A stretch of 64,000 nucleotides of DNA from contig NMRA01000094.1 in NCBI GenBank assembly GCA_002633005.1, positions 393,714-457,713 on the forward strand. The letters are read 5' to 3'. Shown in pieces: positions 28,701 to 37,924 of this stretch. Within the stretch, counting starts at the first letter, position 1, and every line of letters begins with the position of its first letter. The notes beneath the pieces are model-generated. The model did no database searches and was not told where the DNA came from. It was given only the letters and a program-made list of their open reading frames with translations. The position numbers and the translations under genes were made by a program. Source of the stretch: Phoronis australis. Lineage: Eukaryota > Animalia > Phoronida.

Positions 28701-31700
28701 ATACCTACTCCTGGTGACATAGCTATTAATGGTGACATAGCGCTACCTGTATGTCAGTTCCAACATTACATACCTGATGGTGACATAGCTACTGATGGTG
28801 GCATAGCTACTCCTGGTGACATAACTATTGATGGTGACATAGCGCTACCTGTATGTCAGTTCCAACATTACATACCTGTTGGTCATAGTTCAAGTAACCG
28901 TCAGTCAAGTGCTGCACATAGTTTTTCACATAACAGTTGATGTCACGGGCTCTAGTGACCAAAAATGACTTAGTGCGACGTCTGTATCTCTCTCTGATAT
29001 AGTGCAGGTTAGCCAAGATTGCAAAATGCCACCACTGTTTGGCACTGAAAAAAGTGATGTGCTAAAAGATAACTCAGTCACAACTAATTCAATGACTATT
29101 TTCATGAGCACTAAACCACAATAATTGATGTTACGTCTACAATCTTAGTACAGACAAGAAAGGAAATCATTGTTTACAAGTAAACAAAGCATGGAAATCA
29201 TTGTTTACAAGTGCAAAAATTCCACTCCTGCTATCAATAATAGTCCTTCTATTCCACTCCTGCTATCAATAATAGTCCTACCATTCCACTCCCGCTATCA
29301 ATATTAGTCCTTCTATTTCACTCCTGCTATCAATATTAGTCCTTCTATTCCACTCTTACTATTAATAATAGTCCTTCTATTTCACAAACAATTTCCACTA
29401 ACAAACCACTGGCAAGGCACATTCACAAGAATTATCAAGATTTTTACCATCATCATTTTAACAAAAAATTCTGCCTTACTTGTGTTTAACTGAAGCCGTG
29501 GGGCGCCACTTTTGATACTTCTTGGCCCTGTCAAATCTGTCAAACTCCCTCATCCATGCAACTAGACCCCTGTACTGGTGCTCACCCAGGGAGATGGGCA
29601 TCTTATGAAGTTCTATGTCCAAGGATATCCTAGGGGTGTTGGGTGATCGTAGGGGTAATACCGAAGTGTTACGTTTCATCTTGGCCTGAGCACTCACAGG
29701 CTCCAGTATGTAGTCATGTTCCTAAACAGATTGCATATAGTAGTTATAATTGAATTAAGAATGTATCAAAGAAAGAAGTAAATTATTTCAACCACTTCTA
29801 TTTCAAGATTTGCAAATGCACCTTATTGTAAATATCAAATTATTTTAGTTTCAAATTTCAGCTGAAATTGTTGCAGTTTAAACGTTGCCTTCAACAAAAT
29901 ACTTAAAATATTATAATGAGGTGAAGTGCTTTTTCTTTTGCGATGGGAACACGCAGACCCAAATAACGTCCATTTTCTAGGTAAGCAAACACTGGCATGT
30001 AATATCATGGGACAATGGTGTAACAGGGTCAAGTGGTTCACTTCACTCTGTTAGGTCGCTAGAGTCCGCAGTAAGTAACCTGTCTCCAGCTCAAGAGCTG
30101 GGCACGCGCGTTGCCGCAGTGACTTTCTGTTTTAGGAAAATAGGCGTTTCCTGCTAAAACAGGTCACTACAGCAACAACTCATAGGCCTGGCTGGCTAAT
30201 TGAACTACCCTAATTTTTCGAAAGTTCAGTAACAAAGTGTGTTTTTCACTAATTTTTTTAGTGTTTTTGTACACTTCTGTCTTAAGTGATGAGAACGAGC
30301 ACCCTGTACAGATTAGTGATGAGAACGAGCACCCTGTACAGATTAGTGATGAGAACGAGCACCGTGTACAAATTAGTGATGAGGTCGAGCACCCTGTACA
30401 AATTAGTGATAAGATTGAGCACCCTGTACAAATTATTGATGAGAACGAGCACCAGGTACAAATTAGTGTCTAGGATGTGACAGAAGTCTCATCAGTCGTT
30501 TTTATGTTTTTTCAATTGGTAAATGTGACCTTTGACATCATAAGTCTGCATGTGAAGTGTTGGCTAATATGCAAAAGTATTAACAGTAAACCCATACAAC
30601 AGTAGACCCATACAACAGTAAACTCATACAACAGTAGACCCATACAACAGTAGACCCATACAACAGTAGACCCATACAACAGTAGACCCATACAACAGTA
30701 GACCCATACAACAGTAGACCCATACAACAGTAGAATCATACAATAGTAAATCCATACAACAGTAGAACCATACAGCAGTAGAACTACACAACAGTAGAAC
30801 CATACAACAGTAGACCCATACAACAGTAGAACCATACAACAGTAAACCCATACAACAGTAGAACCATACAACAGTAGACCCATACAAGAGTAGAACCATA
30901 CAACAGTAGACTCATACAAAAGTAAAACCATACAATAGTAAATCCATACAAGAGTAAACCCATACAACAGTAGACCCATTGTCAGAATAAATATTGATTA
31001 AGTAATTAGTAAGAATAGATCCATTTTAAGTTGCCCAAAAATTTGTGCATATGTACTTTTAAATCATGGGGTCAGACTTGTTGACATGTATTTTAACGTC
31101 AAAATCTATTTTTAGATGGTGTTTACAACTTTGGGTTCTGGGGTCAAAGTACTCTAGAGATTCTAGAATATTCTGAGAACAAATTGTAACAGCCAATAAT
31201 ACGAGTGGATATGATCATGTGGTTTTTATTAGCCAATCACTAAATAAGTAGAATGTTATATTATGGGCTGAAATCAGCAAGATAATCAGATGCGCTAAAG
31301 TAGTTGAAGCATAAAGACTTGCTACAGTGTACAGAAGCAGTTGTACGACAGAGCCATCTCGTGGAAGATTCTAGAAAGGATCTTGGCAAGGGCAAGGGTT
31401 AACGAACCGGAAGTTAACTAAGAGCTTGTCACTTGCATCGTGGGTAGTAAGATACTACCTAAAGTGTTGCGTCATCAGCCAGAGACTGTGACCAGCAAGA
31501 AGATTCGCGGGTAGAAGAAATTGCCTGCAAGTGTTGCATCACCAGAGACACTGTCGCTATACAGTGCATGTAGTTCGAAGATTCACCAACAGAACAGACA
31601 TCCAATAAGTGGAGAGTCCTAGCTTGGATAGCAGATAAGACATTTGATCGTTTGGTTGTTTGATTAAAGTAATCTTTTAAAGAGGGCGCTAGCGTAGTTT

Positions 31701-34700
31701 CTCTTTGTAGTTGATTATTAATTTACAATAGGTTTCATTTGTCTAATTAGGGGTTATCATATAATAAATTAATTACTGGATTTGATTATTCACTCTCCAT
31801 CTACGCACAACTTCAAAGCATAGCTACCTTTTAAACAAACCCACACAGACAATCGTCTGACACCCATACAACTATACATTATCCTTGATGATCACACAAT
31901 CTTATTAGGTGCAATCTCCATGAAAAAAAAACAATGTGATTACGAATACCTGGGCAGTATTTTAGTGTTAATAAGAAGATTCTGTGACCATAAAGCATTT
32001 TGAGAATACTTGAAACATTAGTTAATAATGAACCTAGGTCAAGAAGGTATCCTATTACCTTTATACCACCCGACCGCTTGGTTGAAAACCATACTCCGGG
32101 AAATATCTTTGGCTTCATAACATTGTAATTAGTAAGTTGTCATAAATGATACGCACAGACACTGACATCAAATGATGACTCATTTTAATTAAAAGACTGA
32201 ACACTTACCCTTGGTGAGCCTGAGGATGCAGCTTTTGTGGCAGAGTTTTCTAATGCATTCTGCAGAAAAGATTTAGAACTATCAACAGACAGGGACATTT
32301 CATATTTCTTAAACTGCAACTCAGTGCAGTCGGCTGTAGGATAGGTTATAACTGAACACAAAACATAAATCACAAATACATTACACTTGAATGCATCTTG
32401 CGAAAATTACACAGAGAACACCTGACTAATGCCTCACACCCTGTGTGTCTTAAATCTTCACTACACTCAATGTCCTTTTGTTTCACCACAATCCATGTCT
32501 TAATGGTTCACCACACTCCACGTCCTAATGCTTCACCACACTCCACGTCCTAATACTTCACCACACTCCACGTCTTAATGCTTCACCACACTCCACGTCC
32601 TAATGCTTCACCACACTCCACGTCCTAATGCTTCACCACACTCCACGTCTTAATGCTTCACCACACTCCACGTCTTAATGCTTCACCACACTCCACCACA
32701 CTCCACGTCCTAATGCTTCACCACACTCCATGTTTCTCAATGCCCTCAATTATCTAGCACAGTAGTTTTCAGTAAGTTTCACCAATGGTTGCTATAATGT
32801 CCAGTCTACAGAAGGACGAACATAATTTGGTTCATTTGAACTTGTTTATGAATGTTTAGTTAACCACAGATCAATAAGCAAACTTACACTTAGCTCAGTT
32901 CTACCGAGTGACCCCAACATGGTGGCATCATCGTCAAAGTAAACAGAGAAATCTTTAAGATCCAACAACTTGTGCATAATGTCCGTCTTGTCTCGGCTGA
33001 CAAACATGGGCACCTGAACAATAATAAACACAAACTACTTCTTAGTGTAAATGTCATAATGCTTAAAAGAAGAATGCCACCCGATCTTAATTGGTCTATA
33101 TCCACATCACCTCGTAAACGGTCGATCTTACCTCGCCGAGAGGTGTCGCGTTAACCTGTGAGGAAGGTGAGTAAACGGCACAGCACATCAGTGGTTCTTC
33201 TGCAGAGTGAGTGCCGCTATGGTGTGGTGTATCATTCACACTTTTGTGCACTATGAAGCTGCGAAGAAAAGGGGTACTGGTATGTCGTTTTTTTCCTCAA
33301 GAGCCCGAAATGCTTCGGAAGTGGCTCCCGGCAGTGAAGAATGAAAAGTACGCCGTTAATACCAAATATGAGGCCGTGAAACATCTCCGTGTCTGTGGCC
33401 GGCATTTCGTCCACATTGATTTCACTGAAAAATGCCGGCTCACCAAACAGCTCATGCCAAGGCAGAAAAAGAGACTGATGAGCATTCGTCTAAGTCTGGA
33501 TTGCAAGTTGCCATGTTGATGTTTATTATTGTGTGTTCTGTTTCAAAATGAATTATTCTCAACCCAATTAACCAATGCTGATATAAAACAGAAACAAAGT
33601 GTGAAAGTCTGTCTCATTTAGATACAATTTGTAAAGCCTTTGGAGTGTTAGTGAGTGCAAACGTTTTGAGAAGTCAGCAATGCATAAATCGCTGCATTAC
33701 CGACATTAGATGCAATAAAGCTAATTGACCGGGCACCGAGGCCATGTGAGTGCATTCAGTGTTTGCTGGCAGAAAGCTGTTGTAAAACAATAACTTGATT
33801 TTATAGGCTATGGTCAGATGTTAGGGATTTTATAGGTTATGGTCAGATGTTAGGGAAATCTTTATCCAAATATATATACATTACTCGAATAATGGTTACT
33901 ATACAACTTTTGCCCTGACGGTTATGTGGAAGGGTACCCTGACTTCGCGGCCCCCAACGAGTAAGTAGATTTGCAGTTTCGCGGCTAATTCAACAAAATA
34001 ATCAAGTGCACATTATTTCTTTGGCTCACTAGTATAGTCTTTTCGTAACTGGAGGTTTAGTTTTCAACATTGGCTGGTTTCTGCCGCGATGGGCCTGATC
34101 CCATTCCACGAAGTCACAGGCCGGGATAGCGTGTTGGGTGTTTAGAATTAAAAAAATCGGAAGTCTAAAATTAAAATACATAGTAATGTTCTCCAGCCTG
34201 TCAGTATTTCACGCAAGAATAATTCAATTTTTCACCGAACAGACCCCAAATTCCCACGACTGACCTTGGTAAATTGCCCTACCGAACTTTGTAGGCTACG
34301 GTGACTTCCAAATTCCTATAAATCCATAACAGCGAAATAAAACAACATGTTTGTTCAAGAACTCGATGTGTTGGTAAGGGGTTTACATCAAATTTTGATG
34401 ATTTATTGGTGTAAAATGATGAATTCAAGTGATAAACCAACCCCAGTAAGCATATTGTGAACTGCTGAACCGACTGCATTCGAACCTGTGACGTCATTGG
34501 TTAATTTCAATACCTCCGTCTGCCGTCAGGTGTCAGGTAAAAGAACTGAGCTTGCTGTTATTGAGTGGAACTACTCGATCTAAATTGATACAAACTAGGT
34601 TGTTTTTGGATGGCATTCTCCTTTAAGTCATCTCATGGCTGCCTACAATAGAGTGTCACACTTTGCATTCATATCAAATTTTACACTTAAATGCACAGTA

Positions 34701-37700
34701 TCACAATTATATAATTTAAATAACTCTTAAAAGTATGTAATAAAACCAACAAGCTAACCATCAACAGTGCACAGGCAGGACACCAGATGAGATCAATTTA
34801 CAAAGCCAACATAATTCCAACATGGAAGATAGACACTTTGTAAATGTGAAATGATCACACAACCCATTTTTAAAATTTCAATAATCTTTTAATGAAGGTT
34901 GATAACATTCTGAAAACGACATTTTTGAGATTAAGTCCTACCCATTGTCCATCTGTACTTTGTGCTGAGAGACTCTTGACGACTATGCCACAGGCAAATG
35001 GTGATCCGGGGAAAGTGACATCATCTTCATAACGAATGTGAATGTCTGTCAACTTTAGCTGCAACAGTATGCCATACATTTACAAAATTAATTGAAAAAA
35101 AACACATTTTGTTTTGAAAAGTGGTGTGATAACGCAGTATCACTACATACATTTATCTTTAAGATAACTTTTTGAGCAGTAAATTGCAAACAAATTAACT
35201 TGATCCAGACACGATCAATATTTTGAAGACTACAGATTACCTGTACATTCTCCACTATATTGGATGCCACACCTCCAAATGATGACCACCAGGAAGAGCC
35301 ACTGTTCACATCCTGCAGCTTACGGTCCGCCTGCCAGATTTTCTCCAGTGCATCCAGTTGCAACTTCTTCTGCTTCTGTTCCCGCTCATGTTCAGCACCT
35401 TCGTCGTACTTAAAAGGACCACGTGACTTTTGTCACAACCATTACTCTATATTGAACTACACTAAATATTAATGTGCACAGTCATACATTGTCGCATTAC
35501 ATGACCTAGTTATTAGAAGTACTACCAATCCAGGTACTTCTGCAATGTGTGGAGATGCTCTTGTCCACTGAGCCATCAGGACCACCAGTCAAGTGTGTAA
35601 GTGTTAAGTGTGTAAACCGCTGCATTCCCTTAAAGATGAGAGTAGACAGACAGTACACGTCACTAAATGCCCAGAGAAACATATCATCAAACCAGCCAAG
35701 TTCTCAAAGATATGGCTACATGGCAGCTATGATTATACCTGTTTCTTCTTTGGAGGGCCCGCCACCAGGTAGACCTTATCAATAGTGATCTCAGTTGGCT
35801 CACTCTTCAGTCTCTGGTAGGGTATACGTAGCCTAATGCGACCAATGAAACCTGACATAAACAACAAGACTTTACCACTAAGTGTACAAATAATGAAACC
35901 TGGAAGATACAAAAAGACCAAGTGTATTAATGATTAGATGTGCAAGGCCAAGACAGTTGAGTGTAAGTCATATTGACGGCCATGGTAGCTGTTCATCATA
36001 ATGGTAATTTAAATTAAGTGGAAAAACTATTCACTTCTCCTATATTTTGGATCTAATCAATCGTAAACAAACCTTATGATATTTTTAAAAGATGCCGCCC
36101 ACAACAAACGCCCACGACCAATACATTGTAATTACGTCACCTATTGTCACACTACTACATGTGTCACATTGTTACATGTGTCACTTTACTACATGTGTCA
36201 CATTGTTACATGTGTCACTCTACATGTGTCACACTGCTCCACGTGTCACACTGCTACATGTGTCACACTGCTACATGTGTCACACTGCTACAAGTGTCAC
36301 ACTGCTCCATTTGTCAAAGTGCTTCATGTGTCACACTGCTCCACGTGTCACACTGCTACATGTGTCTCACTGCTACAAGTGTCACACTGCAACATGTGTC
36401 ACACTGCTACAAGTGTCACACTGCTCCATTTGTCAAAGTGCTTCATGTGTCACACTACTACAAGTGAGTCTCCTTTTCAATCTGAAATTAAATTCCATTT
36501 GATCTTCCTCTTTCAACAACCATTGATCCTGTGCTTATATTTTGTAAATTGGCTACTTGTTTTGTTCCTGGTTATAATTTTGCAACTGTACAATAAAGCA
36601 ATTTGACGGAAAAAGAGGCAGACAACAAAAAACAGACTCACACATAATGAAACTGATCACTATGGCAAAGAATACGTCAAATCCACCCCAAAATGGAAAG
36701 GTGGTCTTGTCTTTATTATAGAAACTCGTTTGCCAATTGAAATTTCATGAAAAAACTTTGAGGAACTACACACAGGCAGTCATCCACAAGTCGCGGCCAA
36801 AAATACAGGGGCAACCTATATGCAGAATACAGAAGGCAAACATAAAGAAAAATAAAATTGCCACTACAGGCCACCAAAGCGTTAGTTGAAACTTGTCGTC
36901 ATCAACTGTCAGCTCCATAGCAACACATCTGTAAAATTTCACAATATATCCCGCAAAGAGTTACAGCCATGTATGCACACTAGGGGACGCTAGAGCAATC
37001 GAGTGCGTCTGAAAATCAACATCAACCTATCTACTCATCTCTGAACACATCTGCCTATTTTCATAATGACCCTAGGGGTCGTTTGGTGAATAGAGAGGTG
37101 GACGAGCTCCAAATTTTTTGAAACGGTCCCTAGGTGGCACAGAGTACGTAAAATGCATATGAAAATGGAAGGTGTCGTAGCCTCCTTAACAGAAACCAAT
37201 TTGCAAATTTCATGAAAATTAATCCAGAGGGACACAAAAAACTAAAATTACCACTAGGGGCCACCACTAAAGACAGATCTAGTCGGAATCTGTCAAAAGC
37301 TTTATAGGAACGTGTCTGCTAAATCTTATTAAGATCCTGCACAAGGATAAGGAGATACAGCAGCAGATAATGGACACCAGACATCCAGACAGAGATGACT
37401 ACAATCTGCACCCACATATGTATATATAGGTGCACATTTGTGGAAAAAATAAATAATTAAAATGTGTTCTTTCAAGGAAAAGAATCAGTCGAATTTACCT
37501 GTCCTGACCTCTAGTGGAAGATCCAGGTATGCCAGTGCATCTTTCTTCAGGGGCAAGTTCTCCAGTTCAACAGCACCTACACAGAGTGACACATTCAAAG
37601 TGTTACATAAACCAAGTCAAGTACTTCATGTGAAATTACAACTATGACACCTGAGGCTAAGTTGGACCTTATTGACATGTCTGACTTTCTGATAAAAGTA

Positions 37701-37924
37701 TGACTACAATAACAAAATGTTGCTAAAAATCTTCCAAACACAGTGTTTCTGGGTAAAGATTTTTGTATGAAAATTAAATAACTCCATCGTATGAAGACAT
37801 TGACCTCTAAACACAATTGTCACGAACCCTGAAGCAGACCAATAGATAGCTGATCTGTATTGAGATTCTCCACATATTCGCCAACATATGTGTTGAGTAG
37901 CCATGCTGCCAGGCCTTCTAGCAT
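1504..37924 (-). CDS. VPS13D: VPS13D bulk lipid-transfer protein, N-terminal ~2,520 aa, 33 coding exons; 3' part lies left of the window
   Basis: Spliced translation begins [47 protein letters not shown] (chorein N-terminus). It contains blocks I recognise from VPS13D ([77 protein letters not shown]). All exons are GT-AG with consistent phases except one junction (see findings). Confidence 0.95.
2033..4986. mobile_element. Non-autonomous Helentron/DINE-1-like element(s) with ~145-bp internal tandem monomers
   Basis: Starts aaacaagag plus hairpin CAACGC-gga-GCGTTG. About 20 diverged monomers follow. A GGAC-rich microsatellite plus hairpin plus cataaaaa end module occurs twice (~2790-2881 and ~4905-4986). 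Family call is structural inference. Confidence 0.6.
5023..5248 (-). CDS. VPS13D: VPS13D coding exon 32
   Basis: TVLSGDVWK...[28 protein letters not shown]...DTRFR. Confidence 0.93.
5344..5826. repeat. 69-bp minisatellite, 7 identical copies
   Basis: tgcaattaacaacattattcagtcacatacattgagttgactagacaataaacggtcacttaaggacgg. Confidence 0.95.
6022..6261 (-). CDS. VPS13D: VPS13D coding exon 31
   Basis: [16 protein letters not shown]...[24 protein letters not shown]. Confidence 0.93.
7209..7811 (-). CDS. VPS13D: VPS13D coding exon 30
   Basis: [39 protein letters not shown]...[11 protein letters not shown]. Confidence 0.92.
9618..9798 (-). CDS. VPS13D: VPS13D coding exon 29
   Basis: [55 protein letters not shown]. 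Confidence 0.92.
9934..10343 (-). CDS. VPS13D: VPS13D coding exon 28
   Basis: [28 protein letters not shown]...[10 protein letters not shown]. Confidence 0.93.
10787..10934 (-). CDS. VPS13D: VPS13D coding exon 27
   Basis: [11 protein letters not shown]...[11 protein letters not shown]. Confidence 0.85.
11131..12847 (-). CDS. VPS13D: VPS13D coding exon 26 (1,717-nt giant exon)
   Basis: Covers the 580-aa ORF: [12 protein letters not shown]...[12 protein letters not shown]...[10 protein letters not shown]...LSTSCP. Confidence 0.93.
12914..13437. mobile_element. hAT-like MITE
   Basis: TIR cagggcttggaat...attccaagccctg, flanked by direct repeat tttaac. Confidence 0.75.
13578..13725 (-). CDS. 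VPS13D: VPS13D coding exon 25
   Basis: [21 protein letters not shown]...[16 protein letters not shown]. Confidence 0.9.
14000..14121 (-). CDS. VPS13D: VPS13D coding exon 24
   Basis: [17 protein letters not shown]...|gtaagt. Confidence 0.88.
14734..14931 (-). CDS. VPS13D: VPS13D coding exon 23
   Basis: ...[13 protein letters not shown]...[14 protein letters not shown]. Confidence 0.88.
15341..15549 (-). CDS. VPS13D: VPS13D coding exon 22
   Basis: [16 protein letters not shown]..., Ser/Pro-rich; GT-AG, phases consistent. Confidence 0.85.
16333..16498 (-). CDS. VPS13D: VPS13D coding exon 21
   Basis: [19 protein letters not shown]...[26 protein letters not shown]. Confidence 0.92.
16972..17082 (-). 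CDS. VPS13D: VPS13D coding exon 20 (5' boundary or frame uncertain by 1 nt)
   Basis: 3' part reads [25 protein letters not shown]|gtgacg, in phase with the next exon. Confidence 0.7.
17619..17758 (-). CDS. VPS13D: VPS13D coding exon 19
   Basis: [10 protein letters not shown]...RQPSSS AA|gtgagt; exact donor uncertain (see findings). Confidence 0.8.
18215..18437 (-). CDS. VPS13D: VPS13D coding exon 18
   Basis: [22 protein letters not shown]...[12 protein letters not shown]. Confidence 0.92.
20486..20633 (-). CDS. VPS13D: VPS13D coding exon 17
   Basis: [14 protein letters not shown]...LYDRLYD; phases match neighbours. Confidence 0.88.
20620..21080. repeat. ~34-bp minisatellite abutting and overlapping the exon 17 acceptor
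   Basis: unit cccctgggacagtcgaggcatctacagacagcaa, ~13 copies. Confidence 0.9.
21463..21643 (-). CDS. VPS13D: VPS13D coding exon 16
   Basis: [42 protein letters not shown]. Confidence 0.92.
22730..22818 (-). CDS. VPS13D: VPS13D coding exon 15
   Basis: [29 protein letters not shown]|gtcagt. Confidence 0.9.
23368..23662. repeat. ~39-bp minisatellite
   Basis: tatttgtggactaaagtataatatgatggaagg... Confidence 0.85.
23707..24062. repeat. ~40-bp minisatellite
   Basis: gataaccctgacagaaccagtacaatacactgtattatcct. Confidence 0.9.
24437..24574. repeat. 30-bp minisatellite, ~4.5 copies
   Basis: aggcatgggaggcagttgcaatttagattc. Confidence 0.92.
25265..25383 (-). CDS. VPS13D: VPS13D coding exon 14
   Basis: [26 protein letters not shown]...; donor is the first GT of a (GT)n run. 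Confidence 0.88.
25843..26018 (-). CDS. VPS13D: VPS13D coding exon 13
   Basis: [13 protein letters not shown]...[17 protein letters not shown]|gtatgt. Confidence 0.85.
26703..27007 (-). CDS. VPS13D: VPS13D coding exon 12
   Basis: [30 protein letters not shown]...[12 protein letters not shown]. Confidence 0.92.
27425..27641 (-). CDS. VPS13D: VPS13D coding exon 11
   Basis: ...[13 protein letters not shown]...[11 protein letters not shown]. Confidence 0.88.
27921..28022 (-). CDS. VPS13D: VPS13D coding exon 10
   Basis: [34 protein letters not shown]|gtgagt. Confidence 0.9.
28102..28314. repeat. 35-bp minisatellite, 6 copies, double-hairpin unit
   Basis: ggcttgagacagtgttctcacttaccagacggtaa. 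Confidence 0.92.
28420..28877. repeat. 18-bp minisatellite with a 102-bp duplication that includes the exon 9 donor
   Basis: gctactcctggtaacata / gctactgatgttggcata units. Confidence 0.9.
28876..29044 (-). CDS. VPS13D: VPS13D coding exon 9
   Basis: [34 protein letters not shown]...NYDQQ|gtatgt. Confidence 0.92.
29219..29385. repeat. ~32-bp minisatellite, 5 copies
   Basis: ttccactcctgctatcaataatagtccttcta. Confidence 0.85.
29480..29721 (-). CDS. VPS13D: VPS13D coding exon 8
   Basis: [38 protein letters not shown]...KWRP. Confidence 0.92.
30284..30468. repeat. 30-bp minisatellite, 6 copies
   Basis: gtgatgagaacgagcaccctgtacagatta. Confidence 0.9.
30583..30979. repeat. 16-bp minisatellite, ~25 copies
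   Basis: cccatacaacagtaga. Confidence 0.92.
30980..31862 (+). mobile_element. Solo LTR (883 bp)
   Basis: TGTCAGA...TCTGACA termini, 5-bp TSD CCCAT, AATAAA near 31763, no internal ORF. Confidence 0.8.
32209..32259 (-). CDS. VPS13D: VPS13D coding exon 7 (51 nt)
   Basis: ttttctgcag|[17 protein letters not shown]|gtaagt; phase 0-0, fills the expected linker. Confidence 0.75.
32495..32732. repeat. 25-bp minisatellite
   Basis: ttcaccacactccacgtcctaatgc. Confidence 0.9.
32888..33013 (-). CDS. VPS13D: VPS13D coding exon 6
   Basis: [42 protein letters not shown]|gtaagt. Confidence 0.9.
33211..33490 (+). pseudogene. Degenerate THAP zinc-finger fragment, probably from a DNA transposon, antisense inside a VPS13D intron
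   Basis: [12 protein letters not shown]...LRVCGRHF matches the THAP P-W-CxxHF pattern; N-terminal CxxxC is garbled. Confidence 0.65.
34942..35058 (-). CDS. VPS13D: VPS13D coding exon 5
   Basis: [39 protein letters not shown]. Confidence 0.92.
35241..35408 (-). CDS. VPS13D: VPS13D coding exon 4
   Basis: [25 protein letters not shown]...[13 protein letters not shown]. Confidence 0.9.
35739..35851 (-). CDS. VPS13D: VPS13D coding exon 3
   Basis: [41 protein letters not shown]. Confidence 0.9.
36135..36467. repeat. 17-bp minisatellite
   Basis: tgtcacactgctacatg. Confidence 0.9.
36680..37437. mobile_element. Second, more diverged copy of the monomer-array element
   Basis: Same monomer words (ttgccacta, aaatttcatga, gagatacag) and same end module (ggacaccagac...gcacccacatatg...ggtgcacat); boundaries approximate. 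Confidence 0.55.
37499..37576 (-). CDS. VPS13D: VPS13D coding exon 2
   Basis: tgtgtag|..[25 protein letters not shown]|gtaaat. Confidence 0.93.
37828..37924 (-). CDS. VPS13D: VPS13D coding exon 1 (acceptor at 37948, so a short 5'UTR part and an upstream non-coding exon are implied)
   Basis: [32 protein letters not shown]; G|gttcgt donor; atttattttcag acceptor upstream of the ATG. Confidence 0.93.

Noticed and set aside
28395-28940. 181-aa repeat ORF (IATPGN)n and its antisense
   Set aside because: Translation of an intronic 18-bp minisatellite that overlaps a VPS13D exon on the other strand
30512-30979. Hydrophobic repeat ORFs ([16 protein letters not shown])n
   Set aside because: Artefact of the 16-bp minisatellite
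36076-36606. Cys/His-rich ORFs resembling metal-binding proteins
   Set aside because: All three frames are open only because of a 17-bp repeat
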